DNA from: a virus
Direction: 5' to 3' (one strand)
Length of the DNA: 64,000 nt
IMG/VR virus record: IMGVR_UViG_2974694605_000001
Coordinates: 20,294 to 84,293 of that record
Below the pieces are notes generated by a model. It worked only from the letters and a program-made list of their open reading frames with translations. It did not search any database and was not told the DNA's origin. Positions 1-9,466 of the stretch are shown piece by piece. Positions within the stretch are counted from its first letter, which is position 1. The number at the start of each line of letters is the position of its first letter. Made by a program: the position numbers and the translations under genes.

Positions 1-1
1 A

Positions 2-1270
2 AGTAACGACTTAAAAGGTGTTGAACGTGCTCGAACATTGAATCCTGATTTAGATATTATTATCTTAGACCACCATGAGTTCGACTCTAAAGAGATTATG
101 GATGAAATGGATGAGGAGGTCATCTTGTGTAACCCTCATCATCGCCTAGACGAATCAGTCAATAAAGATTTATCAGGTGCTGGTATGGCTTATAAAGTAG
201 CCAAAGGAATTGATGAAGTATTAGATGATGATGGATTCTCTAATCAATTTCGTGATTTAGTCGCAATCGGTTTAGTAGGAGATATGATGAGTGTTCTTAA
301 TTTTGAGAACCGTTACCTTATCTCACAAGGGTTGCAGAATGTCAACAACATTGGTTTATCACGAATCCTTAAAGGTGCTAAAATTAATACATACCGATAC
401 AATACAAAAGATATTGGATATAGTATTGCACCATTGATTAATTCATCTGCTCGTATGGGAGAGATTGAACTTGCTTTTCAAATTTTGATGGTAGATAATG
501 ATACTGATGCAAAGAAACTTCGCCTCAAAATGGATAAGTTAAATAAGAAACGTCAAGAAACTCAAAAAGCAGTTATGCAAAAATATGAAGATACTCAAGA
601 TATGAGAGACAAGATTATCATTGTTATTGACTCAGAATCAAACAAAGGTATGAATGGCTTAGTAGCTCAGAATATCGCTCAAAAATATCACCGTCCATGT
701 TTTGTTGTAACAGAAGGCAAAGATGGAGTTTGTCGTGGTTCAGGTCGTTCATACGGCAGTTTTAATACTAACGAGTTCTTGAGTGAATTGGACTTCGTTG
801 AAGCACAAGGACATGGACAAGCTCATGGATTGAATTTCCCTCTTGACCGATTAGATGATTTAAAAGAGTATATAGAAGAAAACATGCCAGACAATCTTGA
901 AACAGAACGGACGTTCTACTACGACATTGAATTGGAAAATATTGAAGAAGTATTCATGGATTTAACTGACTTAATCAACATCAACTACATTACAGGTAAT
1001 AACTTTCCAGAGGTTGTAGTACGCATGGATAATGTTATGATTGAAGAACGTGCAGTTATTGGAAAAACAAAAGAAACAGTTAAATTTAAAACAAGTGGAG
1101 ATTTAGTTTTTATTAAGTTTAAAGTTGATGAAGATTGGAATAAAGATATTGATACGTTTGATACTGTAAGTGTTGTAGGAAATGGTACAATTAATGAGTT
1201 TTATAACTTCTCAACAAAAGAAATGACACGAACACCACAAATTATAATTATGGATATTGTAAAGGATTAA
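2..1270 (+). CDS. recJ: RecJ-like ssDNA exonuclease (DHH/DHHA1), 5'-truncated by window edge
   Basis: DHH motif (LDHHE), DLSGAG, RGSGRS, GHGQAHG; frame is open back to position 2. Confidence 0.9.
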   Translation, partial: SNDLKGVERARTLNPDLDIIILDHHEFDSKEIMDEMDEEVILCNPHHRLDESVNKDLSGAGMAYKVAKGIDEVLDDDGFSNQFRDLVAIGLVGDMMSVLNFENRYLISQGLQNVNNIGLSRILKGAKINTYRYNTKDIGYSIAPLINSSARMGEIELAFQILMVDNDTDAKKLRLKMDKLNKKRQETQKAVMQKYEDTQDMRDKIIIVIDSESNKGMNGLVAQNIAQKYHRPCFVVTEGKDGVCRGSGRSYGSFNTNEFLSELDFVEAQGHGQAHGLNFPLDRLDDLKEYIEENMPDNLETERTFYYDIELENIEEVFMDLTDLININYITGNNFPEVVVRMDNVMIEERAVIGKTKETVKFKTSGDLVFIKFKVDEDWNKDIDTFDTVSVVGNGTINEFYNFSTKEMTRTPQIIIMDIVKD

Positions 1271-1273
1271 AAA

Positions 1274-1813
1274 ATGAAAAAAATAACTAAAAAAATTATT
1301 GTGACAATTATTATTATTGCAGGAATCTTTGGTTCAGCAACTTTTGGAGCTTATGCAGCTAATGCATGGGCAGGACATCAAAATATGGTTGCTGTGCAAC
1401 AGAACATCTCCATCTTGAAACAACGCTTGCTAGACCGAAATGAAAAACTTAAAGAAGCAGATAATAACTCACATCAATATGAAAACCGATTGAATCAATT
1501 GAACAACCAAATTAATCAGTTGAAAAACCAAATTAATCAAGCTTATTCTGTAAACCAACAACTTCAAGGTCAACTTAAAAATCAAACTACTAATTATCAA
1601 AATCAACTGAACGCACTCAATCAACAAAAAGAAGAAGTCGCTAGACAATTAAATCAAGTAAATCAAGATAAAGCGAAGATGGCACAACAAATTAATGATT
1701 TGAGCTCAAAACTAATTGTAGCTCAACAAAAGACTGACGAGTTATCTCAGGCTGTAACTGATGCACAACAAACTAAAGACTTATCAGACGAAGCTGTCAA
1801 TGCTACGAAGTGA
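1274..1813 (+). CDS. secreted or membrane-anchored Q/N-rich coiled-coil protein
   Basis: basic N-terminus + hydrophobic stretch + AYA-A signal-peptidase-like site, followed by heptad-rich Q/N/L region. Confidence 0.75.
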   Translation: MKKITKKIIVTIIIIAGIFGSATFGAYAANAWAGHQNMVAVQQNISILKQRLLDRNEKLKEADNNSHQYENRLNQLNNQINQLKNQINQAYSVNQQLQGQLKNQTTNYQNQLNALNQQKEEVARQLNQVNQDKAKMAQQINDLSSKLIVAQQKTDELSQAVTDAQQTKDLSDEAVNATK

Positions 1814-1869
1814 GAAATCAGATGAGGAATAAAATGAAAAATGAACACGAAGAACGTCAAATTATTTTC

Positions 1870-1897
1870 AAAAGAGTAATTTATTTACTCTTTTTTT
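1870..1897 (+). terminator. intrinsic terminator
   Basis: AAAGAGTAA/TTACTCTTT stem followed by T run. Confidence 0.7.
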
Positions 1898-1906
1898 ATT
1901 TTATCC

Positions 1907-1935
1907 TTGACAAAAGTATTTTAATTTGATATAAT
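1907..1935 (+). promoter_or_regulatory. sigma70-type promoter
   Basis: TTGACA-17-TATAAT with TG extension. Confidence 0.85.
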
Positions 1936-1964
1936 TATAAATATAGAAAGTGGAGGAACTAAAC

Positions 1965-2267
1965 ATGGCAAACATTACTATCGAAACACGAAACGAATCA
2001 TTCGAAGAAATTCTTGCAACAATTGGAGAGCGACAACGTGTAGTTGTTGACTACTTGGAAGCATTTGACGAACCTTTATCGGCAAGTGAAATTGCATATG
2101 GTTTATATATTAATGGACTTGTTCCAACACCTGAACGTAATTCAGTACATCCTCGCTTAACAGAATTGACAAAACTTGGAATTGTCCATGTAGTTGGTAA
2201 AAGAAAAGACCAAGTGACAAATCGAAAAGTTGCGGTCTATGAATTAGTGGAGGAAGCTCGACAATGA
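1965..2267 (+). CDS. winged-helix DNA-binding protein
   Basis: GGAGG RBS before ATG 1965; LSASEIA...RNSVHPRLTEL...GIV pattern typical of wHTH. Confidence 0.7.
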   Translation: MANITIETRNESFEEILATIGERQRVVVDYLEAFDEPLSASEIAYGLYINGLVPTPERNSVHPRLTELTKLGIVHVVGKRKDQVTNRKVAVYELVEEARQ

Positions 2268-2509
2268 AAAAACTTAATGCAAATCAAACAATTCCAACAA
2301 ACATTGTGAAATACTTAAACGGAGTCAATCATAATGAGTATGAAAGTGTAGTTGATGCATTCATTGAATCATACGATGACTGGACATTACCTGATGAACT
2401 TAATGATTTCTGCAAAGATATCAAGAACTTTCACTTATGTGTAATCTACTTGCTAGATAGCGAAAGGTCATTACATATGTTTGAGAATGGAGAACAATAT
2501 GTATCCTAA
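2264..2509 (+). CDS. hypothetical protein
   Basis: ORF track, ATGA overlap with upstream gene. Confidence 0.65.
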   Translation: MKKLNANQTIPTNIVKYLNGVNHNEYESVVDAFIESYDDWTLPDELNDFCKDIKNFHLCVIYLLDSERSLHMFENGEQYVS

Positions 2510-2681
2510 ATTTATTGTAGTGGAAGTATATCAACATGAAATCAAAAAGTCTTACTGGAAACTAAAAATTCTTGAAGGCAAAAGTAAATTGTGGGAAGAT
2601 TTCACATACTTTAGATATAATAACTGGATGGATGCCAATTATTATTTACAAACATCAAAAGAAATTAGAGGTTTAAAATGA
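2499..2681 (+). CDS. hypothetical protein
   Basis: GGAG RBS before ATG 2499. Confidence 0.55.
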   Translation: MYPKFIVVEVYQHEIKKSYWKLKILEGKSKLWEDFTYFRYNNWMDANYYLQTSKEIRGLK

Positions 2682-2821
2682 AAACAAGCCACGAGATTTT
2701 AGCAACATTAGTGTTCTTCATTATATTATTTGTGATGAAGATGATTGCAGGATTTGAATATGCAGTACTTTTTGGTTTAGCGGTTGCCATTGCTAAAGTA
2801 ATTAAGCATGGAGATAAATAG
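2678..2821 (+). CDS. small membrane protein (47 aa)
   Basis: read by eye: MKTSHEILATLVFFIILFVMKMIAGFEYAVLFGLAVAIAKVIKHGDK; ATGA coupling. Confidence 0.55.
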   Translation: MKTSHEILATLVFFIILFVMKMIAGFEYAVLFGLAVAIAKVIKHGDK

Positions 2822-3065
2822 TAAGGAGAGATATATGTTAACAGATGTACTATGTCCTAAATGCTCAAAATTCATTGGACATAAAATTGATTATGCAGAA
2901 TATGAGGGATGTAACGATGTAGTCGAATTGGAAGCACGTGATTTTGTATGTGAGTGTCCTTATTGTGATACTAAGTTTATATTTAATCTTTACGTAAAAT
3001 ATTCAGCAACAAATGCACGAATTGATGAAAAACGCGTAGAAGAAGCGGAAAATGGAGATTATTAA
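2808..3065 (+). CDS. small Zn-ribbon protein
   Basis: CPKC...CPYC. Confidence 0.65.
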   Translation: MEINSKERYMLTDVLCPKCSKFIGHKIDYAEYEGCNDVVELEARDFVCECPYCDTKFIFNLYVKYSATNARIDEKRVEEAENGDY

Positions 3066-3442
3066 TGAATAACTACAACGAACCAATTAAATATGAAGTT
3101 GGTAAAGAGATTTACTTAGTACCTAGCGATACTCGTAATAAGCCTTATTCTGCTAGAATTACAAAGGTTGGTCGAAAATATGCTTATGCTGGAACAATTT
3201 ATAAAGGTTGGGATAAGTTTGGACGAGATTTTAAAATTGAAATTAAAAAAAATAGAACATCTGTAGAATATGGTAGCACAGATGATGTATATGAGAGTGA
3301 AGCTATTTACGAACAATATCTCAAAAATAAAGCATTGCAATACCATATTTCCAAACAATTAAATTCTAAAATATTTGATTCTAATACATTGGAAGTTATT
3401 GCAGAAGTGATTGGTTTGGAAAGTCAGGTGGAAATTAAATGA
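3065..3442 (+). CDS. hypothetical protein
   Basis: TAATG coupling; ITKVGRKY motif common in phage small proteins. Confidence 0.7.
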   Translation: MNNYNEPIKYEVGKEIYLVPSDTRNKPYSARITKVGRKYAYAGTIYKGWDKFGRDFKIEIKKNRTSVEYGSTDDVYESEAIYEQYLKNKALQYHISKQLNSKIFDSNTLEVIAEVIGLESQVEIK

Positions 3443-3747
3443 GACAAATAACTCAAATTGTAATCATGAATCCATACTTTGAAAAAACCTATACAACCAT
3501 CATTCCTCTTTGGTTTTTACGGAGGGTGGAACAGCAATCAATGCGTGAAATTGGTTGTGTAGAAGTAATGGCAATAGATGAATTATCTCCACAAGATGCG
3601 TTTCTACTACGCTATAGCTCAGATAAATGTAGCGCTGTAGAACTCCATGAACTGGAAATTACAGAAGATGAGTATCAAAAATATTTCCAAAGAGGATTTG
3701 ATAAACGTCAATATGGAACTGATGATACTTATTACTACGATTATTAA
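3439..3747 (+). CDS. hypothetical protein
   Basis: ORF track, ATGA coupling. Confidence 0.65.
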   Translation: MRQITQIVIMNPYFEKTYTTIIPLWFLRRVEQQSMREIGCVEVMAIDELSPQDAFLLRYSSDKCSAVELHELEITEDEYQKYFQRGFDKRQYGTDDTYYYDY

Positions 3748-3756
3748 GGAAAAAAT

Positions 3757-3987
3757 ATGATTAAATGTAAAATTACACCTTACGCTACTAAAGGGTATTA
3801 CTCTCCCTATTCAGGAAATTGGTATGGTGGAATCGGATATGATGTTAAAGTAAAAACAGGCAATAAGTTTACAATAAACTTTAAGCCTTATAAAATAGTC
3901 AATTATTTTTCAAGTTATTCAGAAGCACTACAGTACTTGGATAAAAAATTAGAAGGATATACAGATGGGAAAGTTTTTAAAATTTAA
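3757..3987 (+). CDS. hypothetical protein
   Basis: AAGGA RBS. Confidence 0.6.
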   Translation: MIKCKITPYATKGYYSPYSGNWYGGIGYDVKVKTGNKFTINFKPYKIVNYFSSYSEALQYLDKKLEGYTDGKVFKI

Positions 3988-4285
3988 ACAGTTCTGGTGT
4001 GGTCACTTTGCTCTTGGTCATCGTGGAAGTGTAGATGGCTTCGAACTGAATGTCACATGGCTTTCACACAATAAAAAGGTTGAAGTTGAAATCACAAATA
4101 AGTGTGTAAAATGTGGTGCAGAAACTTTAGTGTATCTTGGATTTTTAACCCCCTCAGAATACGTCAGATTCAATTCTAAGCATCTTTTTGACAAATTTGT
4201 CCAAACATATGCTGATGAGCGTGTGTATGACCATATGGTCATCTCAGAGGGCATTAAAAAGGATAAGCGAGTAAGAAAGATATAA
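3965..4285 (+). CDS. hypothetical Zn-binding protein
   Basis: FWCGH...CVKCG. Confidence 0.6.
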   Translation: MGKFLKFKQFWCGHFALGHRGSVDGFELNVTWLSHNKKVEVEITNKCVKCGAETLVYLGFLTPSEYVRFNSKHLFDKFVQTYADERVYDHMVISEGIKKDKRVRKI

Positions 4286-4322
4286 AATAAGAATTTTATA
4301 TATGGTTAAGAATAGTTAATAT

Positions 4323-4351
4323 TTGACAAAGTAAAATTAATTTGATATAAT
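4323..4351 (+). promoter_or_regulatory. sigma70-type promoter
   Basis: TTGACA-17-TATAAT. Confidence 0.85.
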
Positions 4352-4375
4352 AGTGTTGTGAAAGAGGTAATAACA

Positions 4376-4645
4376 ATGTATAACGCAACCTTTAGAGAAA
4401 GACCACTAAGAACAAATGCACCAACGCAACCGACTAAGGGAGAAATGAAGATGAAAGTATATGTTTTAACAGCCGATACGTATAATGGACCTTGGGGTTC
4501 AGAAATAGAATTTTTCGGAGTATTCTCAACAAAAGAGAAAGCTCAGAAGCGAGCTAGTGAAATGAAATTAGATTGTCCTGATATTTCTGTTGTGAATGTT
4601 GATGAAAATGATGTACAAGGCTACTTAGGAGGGTATTACGAATGA
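4376..4645 (+). CDS. hypothetical protein (alternative start 4451)
   Basis: GAGG RBS at 4376; second RBS before MKVYVL...FGVFSTKEKA. Confidence 0.6.
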   Translation: MYNATFRERPLRTNAPTQPTKGEMKMKVYVLTADTYNGPWGSEIEFFGVFSTKEKAQKRASEMKLDCPDISVVNVDENDVQGYLGGYYE

Positions 4646-4875
4646 AAATTTTGAAACGTAAACCAAAGAAATTAATTCAAGCAAGGTTTATTTATGATAC
4701 GAGCCGTATCGGAGTTAATAATAACTATTCTGATTGGCAAACCGTTACTGAAAAAGAATTTCAAAGTGCTATAAATACACTTGATGGTTGGTCTAGTAAT
4801 CAGTTCATCGCTCTAGGAAACTTGGTTAGAAATCGTTACGATATTAACGGATTTGAAAAAAGGGAGATTGAATGA
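4642..4875 (+). CDS. hypothetical protein
   Basis: ATGA coupling. Confidence 0.6.
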   Translation: MKILKRKPKKLIQARFIYDTSRIGVNNNYSDWQTVTEKEFQSAINTLDGWSSNQFIALGNLVRNRYDINGFEKREIE

Positions 4876-5054
4876 AACTTTTGTGTAAGCTGTTCGGGCA
4901 TAAGTGGTCTGAACGAAGATATATCGAAGGACCATTTCTTAATGGGTGCAAAGTATTACCATATAAACGATGCTTGAGATGCAATGAGTTAACATGGGAT
5001 TTCAACCGCTCAGACCTTGACGAGTCAGAGAACGTGCGAGGGGAGAAGAAATAA
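4872..5054 (+). CDS. DUF1660-like small Zn-binding phage protein
   Basis: MKLLCKLFGHKW...RCLRC. Confidence 0.7.
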   Translation: MKLLCKLFGHKWSERRYIEGPFLNGCKVLPYKRCLRCNELTWDFNRSDLDESENVRGEKK

Positions 5055-5207
5055 ATGAATGAACCATTAAAAAATCGTATTTTAAGAAAATTAAAGCAGT
5101 TATTCTGTTTTAATCATGATTGGCATGTTTGGGTAAATAAAAAAAATAGAACTTGTCGAAAATGTGATAAAACAGAAAAAGATTTTAACCGCTTAGACCC
5201 TCATTAG
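5055..5207 (+). CDS. DUF1660-like small protein (50 aa)
   Basis: read by eye: LFCFNHDW...TCRKC...DFNRLD; GGGAG RBS. Confidence 0.6.
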   Translation: MNEPLKNRILRKLKQLFCFNHDWHVWVNKKNRTCRKCDKTEKDFNRLDPH

Positions 5208-5239
5208 TCTGAAAGTGTGTTTAAGAAAGGAATACGGAA

Positions 5240-5575
5240 ATGAATAAATTAATTGAAAAATATATTTTAACAATTATTGCACTTGTTCTCGATATTTTGT
5301 CTATGGTAATCACAATTTTAACGCTTAATTTAAGTTGGAATCATTTTATCGTGCCAGCTTTTCATGCTCCAAAACTAGGATTCATATTAACATTTGCAAT
5401 TGTGGTGATGTGGGAGTTATTTGCCTTTAGGGTAGAGAATACAGGAATTACAACTCTCTTATCTAAAACTACAAATACACCCAACGAACAGATTGCAGTT
5501 GAGTATGCGGTAACCAATGTAATGGTTTCATTGATAATTGGATTAACTCTTTTAGTATTAAGCTTATTTATTTAA
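5240..5575 (+). CDS. membrane protein (about 3 TM segments)
   Basis: AAGGA RBS; hydrophobic segments. Confidence 0.7.
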   Translation: MNKLIEKYILTIIALVLDILSMVITILTLNLSWNHFIVPAFHAPKLGFILTFAIVVMWELFAFRVENTGITTLLSKTTNTPNEQIAVEYAVTNVMVSLIIGLTLLVLSLFI

Positions 5576-5596
5576 ACTATCTAATGATAGTTTTTT
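5574..5596 (+). terminator. intrinsic terminator
   Basis: AAACTATC/GATAGTTT + T run. Confidence 0.65.
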
Positions 5597-5598
5597 AT

Positions 5599-5627
5599 TT
5601 GACTTTTGAGTTATATTATGATATAAT
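5599..5627 (+). promoter_or_regulatory. sigma70-type promoter
   Basis: TTGACT-17-TATAAT. Confidence 0.8.
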
Positions 5628-5656
5628 ATATATTATAGAACATAAGGAGAATTTAA

Positions 5657-5914
5657 ATGGATAAGAAACTTGAGACAATCAATGAACGCATTCAACAATT
5701 AGCAGAACTGTATGAATGTCAAATGGATGTAGTTCTATCTAAAAATGACAAGGAAGAGTTATTTCAAATTTACTTAGAATATCAAAAAGAGAGTGCAAAA
5801 ACAAAGAGTTCAAGAATGATATATTTGGCACGAAGCTCTGGGAACACTAATCTTCTAAGACATTTTGGTATTTTTGAAATGTTTGAATACATGGAGGCAA
5901 AAAATGGAAAGTAA
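5657..5914 (+). CDS. hypothetical protein
   Basis: AAGGAG RBS. Confidence 0.7.
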   Translation: MDKKLETINERIQQLAELYECQMDVVLSKNDKEELFQIYLEYQKESAKTKSSRMIYLARSSGNTNLLRHFGIFEMFEYMEAKNGK

Positions 5915-6140
5915 AGAAATATTTACCAAAGCACAACTATCAATCTATCGAAACTTGCTTATTATATGGATGAATAATTCAAATCTAAGATTTAATCAAC
6001 TTATATCTAATCTTCAAGTAGATTTTAATAATCAGCAGTTTAGAAAATACTCACGTAGTGATGGAACACCAGATTTATTCTATTTGAGTGATGAAGAGTT
6101 CGCAGAATTTTTAGAAGATTTAATAGAGGAGAATAGTTAA
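5904..6140 (+). CDS. hypothetical protein
   Basis: GGAGG RBS before ATG 5904. Confidence 0.65.
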   Translation: MESKEIFTKAQLSIYRNLLIIWMNNSNLRFNQLISNLQVDFNNQQFRKYSRSDGTPDLFYLSDEEFAEFLEDLIEENS

Positions 6141-6433
6141 TGGAATATGGAAAAACATTTGTACACAATGGATTAAAATACCAGCGCTCAGAGGACACGG
6201 TTCTCTTTACACTTAGAAATAAAAACAACCAATACATTGGAATTGATTTAGGTCGTAATGGTAATGAATTTGTTATTGGAAAGACCGTTTTAACAACAAG
6301 TGACGAAGCATTTATCTTTATGATGGATAAAGAGATTTTTGAAGAAAAGGGAATCTCTAACACAATTGCTATGCTACGTAAAGAGGCTAGTAATAAAATG
6401 AACTATGCAGGATTTAAGCCAGTCATGGTGTAA
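6140..6433 (+). CDS. hypothetical protein
   Basis: TAATG coupling, GAGGAG RBS. Confidence 0.7.
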   Translation: MEYGKTFVHNGLKYQRSEDTVLFTLRNKNNQYIGIDLGRNGNEFVIGKTVLTTSDEAFIFMMDKEIFEEKGISNTIAMLRKEASNKMNYAGFKPVMV

Positions 6434-6443
6434 GGAGATTAAT

Positions 6444-6740
6444 ATGGTGCGATATTTAGTACAATGGAGAAGTGGAGAAACACTTACCAATCATGGATTC
6501 TTTCGGACAAGCGAACAAGCATTTGAATCAATCCAAGACTGGTGGGAATTGAACAGTTTCAAACCTAACTATGTTCGTGTTCTTGGTGGAGATGATACAG
6601 TCAAAACAATTGACTATGGCAGTCATACATCATTTTATTATATTATTCCAGTAACAGAAGATACCTTTGGTGATTTATTAACTAATGGTGTGGAAGCATA
6701 TGGGATGAATGTAAACTGGAATAAATATAAAAGTAACTAA
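6444..6740 (+). CDS. hypothetical protein
   Basis: AAGGAG RBS before ATG 6444. Confidence 0.7.
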   Translation: MVRYLVQWRSGETLTNHGFFRTSEQAFESIQDWWELNSFKPNYVRVLGGDDTVKTIDYGSHTSFYYIIPVTEDTFGDLLTNGVEAYGMNVNWNKYKSN

Positions 6741-6747
6741 ACTGTAA

Positions 6748-6776
6748 TTGACTTTATTATTTAAATATGGTATAAT
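6748..6776 (+). promoter_or_regulatory. sigma70-type promoter
   Basis: TTGACT-17-TATAAT. Confidence 0.8.
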
Positions 6777-6805
6777 TATTATATCAAGTTAAGGAGAACT
6801 AAAAC

Positions 6806-7026
6806 ATGGAAATTAAAAAAAGACTGGTGGATTTGCTGATATGTATGGGTGGCTGATTGAAGGTGCAAACATATCTATTGCGGTTGATGAATTAACTAAT
6901 ACACAGAGTGTAGTTTGTTATCCAGACCATCAAGTTGAATCCCATCGAGAAGCAGAGAGTTTGATAGTTTATCTCACAGAAGATGAACTTGAACTCTTGA
7001 AAAAGATTTTCAGAATTGAGGAATAA
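6806..7026 (+). pseudogene. hypothetical gene split by apparent frameshift in A7 run
   Basis: strong RBS/ATG at 6806 gives only 16 codons; a -1 shift at A7 (6815-6821) joins ORF 6841..7026. Confidence 0.45.
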
Positions 7027-7028
7027 AC

Positions 7029-7247
7029 ATGAAACCAGATTCAACAGAAGAGATAACTTTTGCACGTGAACTATTGGTTAACCTTTGGCAGTTTAGAGGA
7101 ATCCAAGCCTCTGAAAGTGGAAGAAGTAAAATGATACCAATCATCGGAGATTTTATCTTTAGAGATGAAAAAGACCTAAAAGAACCAATTGATTTTTTAA
7201 TTAAAGAACTACAAACAGCTAAAGAACAGTTAGAAAATATTAATTGA
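7029..7247 (+). CDS. hypothetical protein
   Basis: GAGG RBS. Confidence 0.65.
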   Translation: MKPDSTEEITFARELLVNLWQFRGIQASESGRSKMIPIIGDFIFRDEKDLKEPIDFLIKELQTAKEQLENIN

Positions 7248-7456
7248 CAAGGAAAAGTCAATAACACCCAATCACTATATACATGAGTGCGTGGTCAGCA
7301 GAGTAGCTGGTATCGAAGAATAACCAAATTCCGTTCAATGATTGGTCACTTGGGTGAAAAATGATGTAGCCCCAAAGAAAACAGCTTATGTATATAGATT
7401 TATATGTCGTTAGTCATGGTTGACTGATTCAGTAGCTTGATAGATGATTTTTAATG

Positions 7457-7539
7457 TATGATGAGACAATTTTGTAAAGGATTCTGAATTATTAATCGGA
7501 GAGTGAAAAATTTTGCAGGTTCGATTCCTGTCGGTGTAG
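7457..7539 (+). ncRNA. degenerate tRNA-like element
   Basis: clear T-arm GCAGG-TTCGATT-CCTGT; weak wobble-rich acceptor; 8-nt anticodon-like loop; no canonical D-arm. Confidence 0.35.
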
Positions 7540-7555
7540 TTAAGGAGGTTCTCAT

Positions 7556-7819
7556 ATGAAAAAACATATTGTAGTAATCGATGAATTTCATGAAGATAAC
7601 ACAGAGAAACTAAAAAACATAAATAATGTAAAAGAATCTATTGAGCTTCTTTCCGATTCTTTTGTTGAAGCTGGAGAAAAAATGAGAGAATTGGCAAATT
7701 CTTTACGTGGTGAATCTGTTGATGTTTATGACCCATTAACAGATAAACGTAAGAAAGAACAATCTTTTAAAAACGGTGTAAGTAATCTGAAACATATCAA
7801 AAAACGTGGAGGAAAGTAA
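7556..7819 (+). CDS. hypothetical protein
   Basis: AAGGAGG RBS. Confidence 0.7.
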   Translation: MKKHIVVIDEFHEDNTEKLKNINNVKESIELLSDSFVEAGEKMRELANSLRGESVDVYDPLTDKRKKEQSFKNGVSNLKHIKKRGGK

Positions 7820-7820
7820 T

Positions 7821-8246
7821 ATGTTACAAGAACCGAAACCGAAACCGAAAAGAAATAGACCTCTTGTGGATAGATATATCTCAGCTTGGTTTGAAGATAA
7901 CAAAGCAGAATTAGATAAAAATATTCGAAGAGTGATTAATACAAATTACAATCAGAAAATTATTGAAGACAATCCTTTCTTGAAATTCTTTACAACATCA
8001 TCAGAGAAGCCAATTGAAACATTGATTAAAATGCAAGATGGATATGATATTCAAGAAAAATATTATATGTATGACGAGCAATATTACAAATTAATTGACG
8101 TCTGCTATTGTTCTAGCTGTGCAAATCGTAATTACTTTGAACCAACATTCGTTACTCTAGGAGTAGGTGTAGGCGATGAAAATGATAGAGTTTATGTTAC
8201 ATCAGCAAAAGAAATGAGTGAGTTTAAAGAAATACTTAAAGTATAA
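7821..8246 (+). CDS. hypothetical protein
   Basis: GGAGG RBS before ATG 7821. Confidence 0.65.
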   Translation: MLQEPKPKPKRNRPLVDRYISAWFEDNKAELDKNIRRVINTNYNQKIIEDNPFLKFFTTSSEKPIETLIKMQDGYDIQEKYYMYDEQYYKLIDVCYCSSCANRNYFEPTFVTLGVGVGDENDRVYVTSAKEMSEFKEILKV

Positions 8247-8277
8247 AAACGAATTATTAAAAATAATGACTTTATTC

Positions 8278-8306
8278 TTGACAAGTGTTCAAGAATATGA
8301 TATAAT
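8278..8306 (+). promoter_or_regulatory. sigma70-type promoter with inverted repeat over -35
   Basis: TTGACA-17-TATAAT; TTCTTGA-N7-TCAAGAA. Confidence 0.85.
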
Positions 8307-8361
8307 ATATACATAGAGTTAAGGTACTAACCAATACGAACTCACTAAAGGAGAAAACATA

Positions 8362-9438
8362 ATGACAATTATCAACGTAAGTAAAAAATTCCAAATCTTT
8401 CCAGATGACCTTAAAACATTTGAAAAACTTCCTAAGGGAACATATACGGTTCGATTTAATAAAATGGAAGGCTTCTCACTTATTAAGCGTGAGAATCTAA
8501 CTGTTGATGAAAAAATGTATGGTAATCATAAAGAAAAAGCTGAAAAAGCTCTTAAAACATTTGGTCTCTTTAATCGTTCTATGGGAATTATTTTGTCAGG
8601 AGACAAAGGTATTGGTAAAACAATGTTTACACGTTACCTTGCAAATCAATTTGTTGAAGCTAAAGAACTTCCTGTTATTCTAATTGACCAAGCATACTTT
8701 GGTATTGCAGACTTCCTTTCATCTATCAAACAGGAAGCAATGATTTTATTTGATGAGTTCGAGAAGGTCTTTGATGAACGAAATGATAATGCTGAGAGTC
8801 AAGATTCATTGCTTAGTTTATTTGATGGTCTATCAAGTACAAAACATATGTATGTAATTACCGTGAATGACCTACATAGGTTGAGTAGCTTTATGCAAAA
8901 TCGTACAGGACGTTTCCACTATCATTTCCGATTCAAATATCCACGTGGACAAGAGGTTCGTGATTATATCCATGACCATGCTTCTAATGTGAGTGAAGAT
9001 ATTGTTGAAAAAATTGTTGATTTTAGCACTAAAGTTAAAGTTACTTTTGATACTTTACGTTCAATTGCATTTGAAGTTTCCAATGGTAACAGCTTTAGTG
9101 AGACAATTGAAGACTTGAACATTAGTCAAGGTGAAGCAACTAAATATGCTGTTACACTTCGATTAGAGGATGGTCAATTGATTAAACTTCATAATCAGCG
9201 TGAGATTGATTTGTTTGAAGATATTGCAAATATTGATGGAGACGTTGATGGAGAATGGTCTAAGATTCGATTTGAAACTAAAAATGCTCATCAGAATGCA
9301 ACAGGAGATGGGTATGTTGTTAAAGAGTTTGAAACATCTACTCGATGGAATGATGATAAAGATGAATATGTATCATTAGCAATTGAAGAAGCAATCCTCA
9401 CAATCAACAACGATACAAACATTAAATATTTAGTTTAA
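8362..9438 (+). CDS. AAA+ ATPase
   Basis: Walker A GDKGIGKT, Walker B ILFDEFEK, sensor-1 ITVN, arginine finger NRTGRF. Confidence 0.9.
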   Translation: MTIINVSKKFQIFPDDLKTFEKLPKGTYTVRFNKMEGFSLIKRENLTVDEKMYGNHKEKAEKALKTFGLFNRSMGIILSGDKGIGKTMFTRYLANQFVEAKELPVILIDQAYFGIADFLSSIKQEAMILFDEFEKVFDERNDNAESQDSLLSLFDGLSSTKHMYVITVNDLHRLSSFMQNRTGRFHYHFRFKYPRGQEVRDYIHDHASNVSEDIVEKIVDFSTKVKVTFDTLRSIAFEVSNGNSFSETIEDLNISQGEATKYAVTLRLEDGQLIKLHNQREIDLFEDIANIDGDVDGEWSKIRFETKNAHQNATGDGYVVKEFETSTRWNDDKDEYVSLAIEEAILTINNDTNIKYLV

Positions 9439-9466
9439 AAAATATTAGACACGAAAGTGTCTATAA

